A stretch of DNA of 57,413 bases, the filler included, from Sphacelaria rigidula (Eukaryota), in assembly GCA_964200075.2 (NCBI GenBank). It is 8 parts of 8 records of this genome, joined end to end, with 100 filler letters (N's around TTAATTAATTAA, not from the genome) between each part and the next. Parts side by side here need not be neighbours in the genome. Positions count along the whole stretch, not along the records: positions 43,138 to 50,225 come from CAXNAA020016541.1; positions 50,326 to 57,413 come from CAXNAA020016542.1; 6 more parts are not named here. One strand, 5' to 3'. A model generated the notes under the pieces. The model worked only from the letters and a program-made list of their open reading frames with translations. It ran no database searches and was not told where the DNA came from. Position numbers and translations under genes: made by a program. Below, in pieces: positions 46,494-57,413 of this stretch (positions within the stretch are counted from its first letter, which is position 1; every line of letters starts with the position of its first letter).

Positions 46494-49449
46494 GCGGCGG
46501 GATTTGGAGCTCTGACAGCAGCGCCAGCACCGCAGGATGCCGGATCCGCATCGGCCAGGGAGTTCGAAAAGCTTGCGGCGGCGTACCGGGAGAAGTTACC
46601 TACGGGGGAGCCCAACCCTGGTTGTAGAATGAAGGTGCGCTGCTGGTTGCAGGGGGCGTTTTCCATTGTGGTTTTTCGTACGTTTGAATGTGCGTCGGCT
46701 AGTTAAGGTGCGACAATCTAGTCACTGCAAAAGCTGTCGATTTGTTTTGCCTCGTTGCGGTAGGATTCTGCTGAAATTCAAAATTCGAAGTCGTGGGGGA
46801 TTTTTCATGCGTTGTTCGTCGGAACCGGTTACTGTTTTTTTTCCCATATGTTTGCATTTTGCGATACTAAATGATGATTTTAATAGAGAAGTCACCATAT
46901 ACACGTGCAGTAGTAGTACGGTGTCACCTGTAGAGTGGCGTCTGGCCGATCCGACGTGAGGTGGAAAGGGCAAGTAAAGATGGTACTCTTTCGGGCGCAA
47001 GAAACCGTCGAATGGACCCTATATATGTGGACTGTTGGGAAAATGTGGAAAGCAAGTGCTGTCCGTGAATAATTTGTTCATCATGCTGTAACTCCAGGGT
47101 CGGTTATCATGGAAGAAGTCGCTTGTTGTCATTTGGGTGCCAAATAGACAACGGAGAGAAATGAATCAGCTACGAGCTGAGTCATGCGGCGATATTGTTC
47201 TAAAATGTGCTCAGCGGTCAGAGGTTTCACCGGCACACTTGTGGAATGGGCAAATTCTGTGTGCCGTCATGCGTATGTTCAGCGCTCGTGATTTTAATGA
47301 AGGAATTGAACAGACAACCATCGGCCTTACACGCTGCCACCGGTTGCATGGAGAAAAATAAGGGGAAAAAATTAGTGCTCCTGCGTGGTTGTTACAGTAG
47401 TGTGTGAAGCAAGTTAAGCGGATCCATACATGCCCGAAGTGATGACGTTTGACTACGCTGACGTACGACTTTACCCAACGTCGTTGTATATCTGTGTGTA
47501 TGGACCATGCCAACTGCACACGACATATCGCCGCAGCATGTGGTGTATAACCAAGTGGACCCAAGTCTTCGGAATTCGTACGCGCGCCCTCCGCACATGG
47601 ACGACAAGGCGTGGAAAAAGGCAAGTGCAACTAAAAGGGAAGGAAGAACCGATGCATGATAATGCAGCTATTCGCAGGGCGTTACTATCACAGGAGTGGC
47701 GTCATTAAGCAAGCTTGAATCGAATTCCCTTTAAAATTACAGCTTAGACTCGAGCCTCCAAAACGGGGAGCGGGGTAAACCGGAGGGGCTAGAGGTCGAG
47801 CTACTCCATGAAAGCATACAAGGATACGATCCTCCCTCAGCGGTCTAGTCCCGTGCTTCCACTAGTCAAGTCTGCTGTAGCTCGTTTTGCTGAAAGGGGC
47901 TATAGCTCGTTTGACTTGAGGGGGCGGGGACCGGGGGGGCATATTCATGTGTTGCTTGCTTTGGTGATTTGACCAGTCACCACGCATCCTTGTCGAGACG
48001 GAGCACCGGTCCCACTCCTAATAGAGACACACCCAGCATTTGGGGCGTTCATCGCTTTTATTACCTTACACAAAACCTTTATCATGTCTTATCCCCTTCC
48101 TGTTTCGCCGTCTGAAGGGGGGAAGGTAGTGCGATGAATCCGAGAAATCACAATTGGAGGGCGTAGCGCGTAAAAAATGCATGTAAGATGAGATGATGCG
48201 GTGAGTGTTTGCCGTTTCCACGTGACGCAGCTGAAATATCTTGGCGTAAAGCTTGCGCCGCTTGGCTGTCGATGACCTTTATGTTCGGAAGCTTTGTTAT
48301 CGCTGGAAATTCGTTGCTGTGGATAACTTTGGGAAAGTGGAAATAGCCCAGTCGTGCGCAATTCGTGGGTTCATGTGCATAAATGTGCGTGGTGTATTCT
48401 AATCTGGGCGAGAAACTGGTGTGTTGATGCACCATGGTTGGCCGCTACATTTTTGCGAAGCATTTCACACCCTGGACAATATATGGTCAATAGAGGCAAT
48501 AGACGAGAAGTGTACCGCATAAAGTATAGGCCTATTGCGACTATTGCCGGCCGACAATAGTCGCAATTTGCCTATACTTTATGCGGTACACTTCTCGTCT
48601 ATTGCAACCATTGATCATATGTTGTCCAAGATGTGAAACATTTCAAGAGTTCATATTCGAATTCAATCACGAACCCGCTCGTTCACAGGGCAGGGCAGTT
48701 AGGAGAGCAATATTTCCCCTCAAGTGCTTATTGATCTATTATGGGCGATCCATGGAGAAGTGCGCGTTTCGGTTGGGTTATCGATTGGTTTTGAGAGATG
48801 TCATGATGTAACACACTTGACACCTGGATGTATGCAAAGCACGCCTGCAGTACAGATCCCGTTTTTTTGCGCTAGATGAGTGCATGAAATTATGGTGTTT
48901 TCTCTCCATTCTGTCGCTCAAATGTTACGGTTTGACACGACCTTGTGTTTGTAAATAAAAACCTACGGTTAGCCGCAGCCCACGTGGCCCAAACCGAAGA
49001 TAGATGGAGAACCCTGTGGCAAGGACATCTGGACATCTTCATATTAATAGCGTCGTGGGCAAAACGTGCATTAGAAGGGCTCAAATTGGCGCTGGGGGCG
49101 CTGATTTGAGGCAAGAAACGTGCTGCGCGCGCTGGTGAAGCCGAGGGACTGTAGAGCGCCCCATACCGATCCGAATGTTATTGTCCACACTGAAAGCCAA
49201 GCGTGTGTGAACCACGGAGTTTTGGCGACGGGTTTGGGGAATGCAGACGGTCGTAATATATATATATATATATTTGTTGAAACGATTTTTTCTCTCGTTT
49301 TTTTTGTTTTTTTGTTTACTGCGCAGGCAGAGGAAGACAACCCTGACCCGACCAAGTTAGCCCCGGCCGCGGTGGTTGGCTGGGAGAGCTTGAAAGAGAG
49401 ATTGGTGGAGCAGCAGAAGGAGATGGAGAAGATGACTAAATTTGTCGCG
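46494..49449 (+). CDS. NUP54: Nucleoporin Nup54/Nup57, three internal exons (46494-46634, 47537-47620, 49327-49449)
   Basis: Spliced peptide ...EKLAAAYREKLPTGEPNPGCRMK|HVVYNQVDPSLRNSYARPPHMDDKAWKK|AEEDNPDPTKLAPAAVVGWESLKERLVEQQKEM... matches the Nup54 pattern YN..RP..W..A..DNPDP.KL.P...GF..L..R. All junctions are phase 0. Confidence 0.88.
47925..48115 (-). mobile_element. 5'-truncated LINE 3' fragment in a NUP54 intron
   Basis: Aligns with 50330-50520 (TGTTGCTTGC...ACCACGCATCC...GAGACGGAGCAC...CTCCTAATAG...TCCTGTTTCGCCGTCTG). Confidence 0.85.
48466..48635. mobile_element. 170-bp near-perfect hairpin MITE with CAC...GTG ends and a probable 8-bp TSD
   Basis: GCAATAGACGAGAAGTGTACCGCATAAAGTATAGGC is perfectly inverted. 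Flanks AAGCATTT / AAACATTT match at 7 of 8. Confidence 0.88.
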
Positions 49450-50325
49450 GTGGGTCCAAATGGTTTGGGTCTTGGGACCTCGAGGATTGAGAAACTGATA
49501 CGTATTTCTGTTTCGAAAACGTTGAGTACTTACGCCGGCTATCTGCAGTGCCGAAGGGGATTTTGCTTCAGCAATTGAAAGCAAGCTGTAGCTTCTACGA
49601 GACCGTCCGCCGATCTCACCAAGTTCTGACAAAACGTGTCTTGACTGCTATTTTTTCTTAATCGATCTTAAACGGATCTGTCGTAGTGTAGGTGCCCTTT
49701 TTCGTGTAGATGTTTTGTTTTTTGCCTTCCTTTGCGGGCTGTCTGATGTACGGGTATGGGTGGTTTGTGGTATGACCCTTGACTGTGACCACGGGTCCGA
49801 GAGATCAGGCTAATGTGACGAACATAATGATAATAACAAAATAATAATAACAACATAGGGAGAAGATGCATTAATGGGGCACCGTATATATATTGAACGA
49901 TGGAAAATGCGAAGGCCATGCCATGGTCCAGTCGCTCAGATACACACTTCCTTTCTTCATTTTTTTCAACCATTTCATTGTGAAAGCATCAAGTAGACAG
50001 GTGCCGTTCTCCGTATTAGCTATATCATGTTAGGGTGTCTCAGTAGAAAAGGCACTGGAAAGGTGAGCCTACCACGTCTGTGACTATGGATTCGAGAGAT
50101 TGGGCTAGTGTGGGGAAATACGGTAGTGGGCGGTCTAACTATTTTGGGGTGTTTTGGGGTTTCCCCTAGCGTACTGCTCTTCGATAGAACTCGAAATTGT
50201 TAGCGTCGGTAGATTTTGGTACAACNNNNNNNNNNNNNNNNNNNNNNNNNNNNNNNNNNNNNNNNNNNNTTAATTAATTAANNNNNNNNNNNNNNNNNNN
50301 NNNNNNNNNNNNNNNNNNNNNNNNN

Positions 50326-51232
50326 GAGGGGGAGGGGGGCGCGTACTCATTTGTTGCTTGCCTTAGTCGTTCGACCATTGACCACGCATCCCTTTCGAGA
50401 CGGAGCACTGTTCCTACTCCTAATAGTGACACCCCCAACATTCCGGCGCTCATAACGTTTTTCCTTACATTGCACAAAGACCTTTTACACATCTTATAAC
50501 CGTCCTGTTTCGCCGTCTGCGGCCACCATTCATCTCCTAGTGTAGCCATCGTTTTCTCGCCACTGTGTAACACATCAAATGACTTCATGCCACCTTCGTT
50601 CACGTCCCGCATTTCCCCCTCTACAATACATTCCCGACTCTGCTCTCAATGCTGTATTATTCGTCGTTTTCGAGCATTCAAGTATTTTCTTAGCTCCTGC
50701 CATCTGTACTGTTTCTAACGTCTTCACCAACTTCACGTTCCCCTCCCACACTTCTCCTGCATATTCCAGCTTTGGTACGATCACGTGTATCAGGATGCTT
50801 TGATCAGCCCTGCGGTCTACGTACGAGTCTCTGAGGATCATGTCCGTCCTGCCTGTCTGTGCCTTACCCTTTTCTATTACTTTGTTCATGTGTGCATCCC
50901 AAGTACAGTCATTTTATATCTTTACGCCAAGGTATGTATACTGGTCTACGATCGGCAGTCCCTCTTTTCCCCACTTCCATTTGAACTCTACCGGTTTTTT
51001 CTTATCTTCGTCACAGACGAATACCGCGCATTTGTTGACGTTCGCTGTCACTCTCCATTTCCTAGTGTATTTTAGCGTCTTGTCTGTCTGTTTCTGTAAC
51101 TCTTCTGCTGGTCAATTAATCCCCACAAAATCGTCCGCGAACATCAAATCTGATATCATATCTTTACGCACCTTGACTCCTTCCTTTGCTGCTTCTAATT
51201 CTATTTTCAGGTCATTGATAAACACCTTGAAT
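50326..51232 (-). pseudogene. 5'-truncated, internally deleted LINE: reverse transcriptase C-terminal half plus 3' end
   Basis: FKVFINDL...LMFADDFVG (RT catalytic FADD, about 51130-51141), WRVTANVNKCAV, YTYLGV and PKLEYAGEVW. Has in-frame stops and ends in a C-rich tail. Confidence 0.93.
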
Positions 51233-53275
51233 CGGGGGGCCGTTTAATGGTACACTCAATATCACAGATTTGTGAGACAGTTATGTGCACAGTCATTTTC
51301 TGCATGGGTGTGGTATCGCGTACTCGTGCATGAAGCCAAAGAGCAGGCAGGCGATGAGCAATCCTTCGAGTACAGTGTCGTACCTTTGTACCCTGGGCTA
51401 ATACAGTAAAGGACAATTCATCAGTACAGTACATGATAATGCAGTGCGGTAGTACATGATGGCACAGTCTGTATTGCAGAAACAGTAAACAGACAGTGTG
51501 CAAAAAGAGTTCAGCAGTGCCGTGCATGCATCACCCTACAAGCACAGCGACAACAGACTAAGAGAGTACAGTACCGTTCGTTATAGTGATACACATGGCA
51601 GCGCAGTGCAGCATCAAATATTATCATCGCCGCAGGGTACGACGTCAACACTTATTACCCGCTTGTCAAACCCCATGTAAAGCTGCTTCAGAAGCTGGCG
51701 CGGGCAGGCACGCCCTGCGCTGTCACTAGGCTGTCTTTTGCTACGGTTGCGAAAATATCAAACGTCTCGTAGCCGACCAACGTACGCCAATGTACGTACA
51801 TCACCTCCTCAAAATCGTGGGGAGTCACGATCTCGGAACGATTTCCCCCCATGTAAAAAAAATAGAGGAGAATCTGTCTGGGATCGTGACACCCCGATTT
51901 TTGGTCCAAATCGAGGCCTACAAAATGCGTTCCCCGATTTTTTTCCCCCCCGATGTAGAAAAACATCGAGATCGTTGACTGCCATAAAAGATTCTCTTCG
52001 ACAGCGATCCCCCCCGCAGGTGGACTGAATTGGACTATACTTTATCTGGAGTTCACAACAGCTCTTTTCTCGCTAGAGAAGACGCCTTTTTTCATAATCA
52101 TGTGGATGCTGGACATCTCTATAGAAAATGGTTACGGAGAGCCCCTGACCTGTTTTGCTCGTGCAGTCAGTGGCGTACAGAGTCGGTACGTGTGCATTGT
52201 GTCACCGCTGGATACAACAGCAAGAAGCAGTCAGCGTGAATTCTCTCCACTGAACACAAATTACTGCATGTTGCTGATGCCTCTGCTTGATCGATTGATC
52301 TGCTTATAGTTCAACAACATTACAGTGTGAAGCTATACGGGCAACACATGGGGCGTCAGACAGGCGGCCCAGACTTCGAGCAGAGCACAAAACAAGTCAT
52401 TCGTAAGCACGTAATCTATGGTTGAATGTCTATAACCAACATGAGAAATGCCAGTAGACAGCGAAATAGTGAACCTGTAGTCCGCCTGTAGGGGAACTAC
52501 GTGCTCACTTTGACGGCCGTGCTAGGTCAGAATGGTCATACCGCGCCTCTCCAGCCTCGTTTCTGACTTCGAATCTTCCACGGAAAACTTTCAAACACAC
52601 GTGGTTGACTTGGTGAGCTTTTCGCCTCCTCTTCAACCCCCCCCCCCCCCCCTTGGCCACTGGGAACCCCCGAATGTCTCCGGACTGTCAGCCTGTGGCT
52701 CAGTTCCCAGATGGCGCTCGCTGTATGAGGGCTGAGAGAAGGGAGTTGATGAAGAGATTGCCATCGGCTTGTACGGTAGATACCACGGTTTAGAAAAAGG
52801 GCAGAGGGAAGTTTCAGGTACATGATCCACGTATAGAACGAGCTGACCAGATTTTCAGTCACGTGATAGGCCGAAGCCGTCGCATACTTGTTTTTGGCGG
52901 AAAAGGCGACATGTGTACCTGATAATTCGTCTTTTCTTCCAAACCTGTACCTGAATCAGACGGAAACTGCACCTGGATGTTGCAGATAACAAGGAGAAGA
53001 AATGCAATATTTTAGTCCTTCCGACAGTGGCAGAATAGGGATAGGCGCGCATTTCCGAACCCTTCCCACAAGGTACACTCGTCCAAAAGAACCACATGCG
53101 TTCCGATCTCCGAACGAACTCCGAGTCTTGTGTGCGAAGGTCCGGGTGCTGAGTTTGCCTGCTACAGATAACAGATGGCCCGTCCACGGACCAATAGAAT
53201 CGTGTGGGACGAGTGTCAACAGAGAAGAGTCCATCACGCCAACGCCTTGAACGAACCGTGTACCGCGAAAGCTCA

Positions 53276-53465
53276 GGGCCTGTCTTAGCATATTAGTTTT
53301 CGATCGAAAATATGCGGTGGAAAACAAAAATCCTGATCCAATAGGTCGTAATTTCAACCATCGTCGAAAATTTTCGACAATGGTTGAAATCATGTCCTAT
53401 TGGATCAGGATTTTTGTTTTCCACAGCACAATTTCGATCGAAAACTAATATGCTAAGACGGGGCC
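53276..53465. mobile_element. 190-bp palindromic PIF/Harbinger (Tourist-like) MITE
   Basis: GGGCCTGTCTTAGCATATTAGTTTTCGATCGAAA ... TTTCGATCGAAAACTAATATGCTAAGACGGGGCC, with a 3-bp TSD TCA at 53273-53275 and 53466-53468. Confidence 0.88.
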
Positions 53466-55321
53466 TCACGGTCGGCGGTAATCCGTCGAGGTGGGGAAAT
53501 AGGCGGTGAAAAGCAGCACTGCAGATATGATGTTAGTGCCATCGATGGAAGGCGCGTGGAAAGTCAGCCAGTGTACCGCGTTTTCACGTTTTTATGCGGG
53601 GAGCATGGTACAGTACATTGCCGCACATATGCAGTAACGTACACACAAAATACCAGCAGTGTTGGTCAGTCGTATGGCACTATCTTCACCGCGGGTAGTT
53701 AGTAGTATTGTCCGTCAGGTCATGCTTCCTCTACCCCCCTCTGTTTCTCTTCCGCTGGGCCACCGTAGATGGTTGTGGCCACAAGTCGCAACACATCATT
53801 GTACGGATCAAGCGTAAGACACAAGCCTGATCTTCGGAATCTATCTATTGTTGTGCGGTTCGTGTGTCTGACAATTTCATTTCGAGACGAGACGCCCATG
53901 TATCCTTCCGCCATCGGAATCAACGCTAGGCCAGTGTGTATGGGCCCGGGAAAGATCACTCGAACATAGCACTCTGGTGGATACGGGGCGTCACGAGCCG
54001 TCATGACATGGATCTGGGAGCTCATTGTTGTCCCCATTTACGCACACTAGCCCGATCTCTCGAACCCGTGTTCACAGACCTATGGCGCCTTTCCAGTAAC
54101 GTCACCACTATTTCTGGAAAGAGATATGCGCGCTCATTGGGCGCTTCCTTCTGAGACCCCATAACAAGAGCAAAACAAAATATGAAGACAATGAAAAATG
54201 ATAGTGTTTTGGGATTTCTTGATCAGATTTCATGTCGAGGAAAAATGGGTTGCTTGAGTGTGCGCGTGCTTCATGTGCAGTGGTCCATTACTGCCTCATG
54301 TACGACAATGTGCTGTACCATGCTGTCTTTGTACATACGTGAGTACGTTTCACGCCCACTGACTTTTACAAGCACCTACCATTGGCGACTATGGCTTTTT
54401 CCAGGGTGTTGACGCGCTGAACATTTTTTTGTAGGCAGTCGTCCAATACGATTGCGTTTGTCCGTGGGTGTTTTTTTCGTCATCTGTGGTGGGGAAACGC
54501 GGTGGCCGAAGCTAGCCGCACGCGAGAATCGGACTTCGCTCGAAAATAGAAACACATGCCGTAGTTTTGGCTACCAACTGAGCCGCCGAGTCGACCCGCT
54601 CACGATGGTTTTTTTCTTTCTCACACCATGCCCAACAGGGGAAAGCGACCATGTCGTGAGTATACAAAATTCGACTCTACGGTCGACGAGGGAAGGGGAT
54701 CGCCGAACCCCTCTCGCGTTTAAAAAAAGGCGAGCACCGCAGAAGGAAGGTGGAGTATCGAAAAAAAAATGTGTTGGTCTTCCTCCTGTGTGACCCCGGC
54801 TGCTGCGCCCACGTATACCAAAAGGTGTGGACTTTCGCCTAGCATGGATGGGATGACTACACGCAACACACACACCCGTTCACCGGTTGTGAGCGGTCCT
54901 CTCGTGTAAGGGATGGAAGCTAGTCCGGGTAGGCCAACGAACCCGCGTCGAGGTTTTCCTGAGAGCAGATGGCGCCTGGGTGATGAAACAGCGTCCACCG
55001 TTTCAAAAACAGAAATGCCGTCAAATGGCATGGAGAAGCTCGACGCCAACGCTTCCCGAAAAAGCTCTGTTTATTTTCTTTTGTGTGTATTTCTCTTGTG
55101 CTCGTTTTGTTACTTATTTTACATATCATCACGTCACCCAATTTTCAATTCTCACGACTTTCCTTTGTGTTTTGACCTCCCCACACCCCCCTCCCCCCGT
55201 AATGCCTTGAGTGTGGTTTCTGTTGATTCAAAAAACCCCAACCCCCGACCCCCGCTACGCTTTGCTGTTGTTTGGGTGTGCTTGACACAACGGTCTCGTA
55301 ACATCTCACTGGGCAATACAG

Positions 55322-55463
55322 GTTTTTCATTCCAGACGTTGAGTACCTCGTAGATCCCGAGGGTCTGGTACGCTACGTGGAAGAGAAGGTGAAGCTGGGG
55401 CACGTCTGCCTCTACTGCAACGGCAAAGGCAAGACTTTCCACTCCTACCGCTCAGTACAGCAG
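55322..55463 (+). CDS. ZNF622: ZNF622/REI1-like pre-60S maturation zinc-finger protein, one internal exon
   Basis: (G)FFIPDVEYLVDPEGLVRYVEEKVKLGHVCLYCNGKGKTFHSYRSVQQ is the Rei1/ZNF622 signature. Borders ACAG| and CAG|GTATGG. Confidence 0.87.
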
Positions 55464-55668
55464 GTATGGATATCCACTCCCCTTCAGCCGCCAGATGGCA
55501 CAGGTCGACCCTAGATATACCAGAAGGGACAAGACGGGAAAATGTGTTGGTTGAGCAATCTCCATGAGTCGTGAGGTTTGGGTTTCAGCCGGGGTACGCA
55601 CGGTGTATCGTCGTCGGGGTTGGTGCTGGCCAAGAGAGGAGGGCTGCTGTAGTTACGGTACAATGTAT

Positions 55669-56019
55669 CACACGTCGGACAGCTCATGAGCTACCTGAAA
55701 CATGTAATGGAAGAGGGCTCTCAGCTCCCGTGTAGATGAACACAGGAATACGTGACAGCTGGGTCTGAGAATCCGAAGCACTACCTTTTCGCTACTTCGC
55801 GTGCTCGGGTTCCACCGCTGTTTTTTTTTTTTTCATCACACTTTGAACCCCTCCCATTTTTCGTGATGAGTCCGTGGTCTCAAGAAATCAACCCATCTCT
55901 CCCCCGATGCTGTAGGGAGAAAATACGGGAAAAAGGAGCCAAATGAGCTAGCTCATGATTCAGATCACCGCACCAGTAAGAAATACTTTTCAGGTAGATG
56001 ATGAGCTGTCCGATGTGTG
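55669..56019. mobile_element. 351-bp MITE with ~31-bp TIRs, same terminal motif as 15159-16357
   Basis: CACACGTCGGACAGCTCATGAGCTACCTGAAA / TTTCAGGTAGATGATGAGCTGTCCGATGTGTG. Flanks CAATGTAT / CAATATAT match at 7 of 8. Confidence 0.88.
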
Positions 56020-57413
56020 CAATATATGGAGAGACGGACACACGTGGGGTTGATCTGAAAACATTTGCCCTGTGTTGACATTGATGAGTAGCAGTAGCAT
56101 CACCGATATACCAGTATATTACTTCGCATTGTCCACTGAAAGAAAAGTGTTGTTCCACTGCTATTTCCGGACCTCCTTCCCCCCCCTTTCCTCCCGTTCG
56201 TCTCAGAAATACCCTTTGTCCCGCGGTATCTCGATATAGCAGTGAAGGTCTGAGATGGGCAATTTTCGCGGTATTTTCGTAGTTGCCGATTTTCTTTCAA
56301 TGATTTTCGCTCGCCACCGCTTATCACGGTGGGCAATTGACCCCAAACGTCATGGATCGGGAGATGTCAGTATCCGCTCCAAATTCCGAAGAGAAAATAA
56401 TTCTTCACGCAATATTGAACGACTTACGGGGTGACTGGTTCTCGGGGGTCCTGCGTCTATACAGTCTCAGATGACCATTGGGGATTTTCGCGTGCTTGAA
56501 ACTTGATCGTTCGCGTGAACAATTGTGCATATATCTGACTCTGACGTTCCAGCTTTTCATTGTGCTAGGTCCGAAAAGCCAATGACTGCCGATAACAAAC
56601 ACTCTTCCTATTGACGGGGTTTTTACTCCGTATCGCTCCGAAACCGCAATACTGAGAATTGTGTCCAAGCACCTGTCTCTTTCCTCAGTATATATTGACT
56701 GAAGAACTTCCGAATCTTGGTGTAGAAAGACATCGGAAAAAAATTGGAGTACACAACTACGAAAACGGCTCAACTCAGATGTGTATGATATAGGAGGGTG
56801 AACGAATTTCGATTAATCTCGTGAACTGTTCGACATGAATATTTCCTTGAACTCTCACCTACCCATTAGGCGAGAATCGAAATACTGTTTTTAGGGGGGA
56901 TGAAAGACGACCTATAAACCGCCCTGCCTTTCATAACATACATTATTTCGTGAATTTGTTTCACCCGGAAGATGCTCTTTCGAAGAGTCAGTTGTTTCCC
57001 TTGCGTGCTCTCATATTTTGTCTTTCAAGGATGTTTTTTCAGAGCTTGTCACGGAGCGTTTTCAGGGTAAACCACTGGACGGGGCAGAAATTCCCGTCCC
57101 CCATTTCCCGTCCCACCCCAAAATCCCGCCACAAACCCTGATAACAAGAATCGCGACCGTTCATCCTGTCATGTGGAATTCAAGAATAGGCTGTACAATG
57201 CGCGACACATGTTAAGAAAAATCTGTTGTGTCCAAGGCTCGTGTCTCCTTTTCGGCGAGGAGGTGCAAAACGCTAGGTGCTTGAATATCAAATTCTTTTT
57301 TTTTCAAAACAAGTTGAAAACAACAATTTTTTCTTGAGCATTATGGGGATTCATTTTCAGGCCCACCCCCCCACACCCCCACCACACGCACCCCAACACC
57401 CTCTCGGACCAAA

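Overview
Eukaryotic genomic DNA, most consistent with a brown alga or another intron-rich stramenopile. This is inferred from short exons in long introns and a stramenopile-like SDH4. The window is not one locus. It is eight unrelated contigs of about 7.09 kb (7091, 7090, 7090, 7089, 7089, 7088, 7088, 7088 nt), sorted by length and joined by artificial N44-TTAATTAATTAA-N44 linkers. The most notable content is contig 2. It carries a stop-free, two-intron gene of at least 1633 aa with the architecture of an Academ (AcademX-type) DNA transposon: a DDE-like transposase, an XPG/FEN1-like nuclease and a C-terminal Cys-rich finger. I know this superfamily from animals, a red alga and fungi, not from stramenopiles. 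Other mobile DNA includes a decayed Sailor-like IS630-Tc1-mariner transposase with a DD114(E) spacing, two LINE reverse-transcriptase relics, and a SINE-like family sharing a C-tailed 3' end with the LINE. There are also tandem arrays of 98-bp TTAA-flanked piggyBac-type MITEs, CAC-ended elements with 8-bp target duplications, and several hairpin MITEs. Host gene fragments recovered by manual splicing are CDC27/APC3 (last two exons), SDH4/SDHD (four exons), NUP54 (three exons, one GC-AG intron) and one ZNF622/REI1 exon. All family assignments come from motif recognition by eye. No searches were run.
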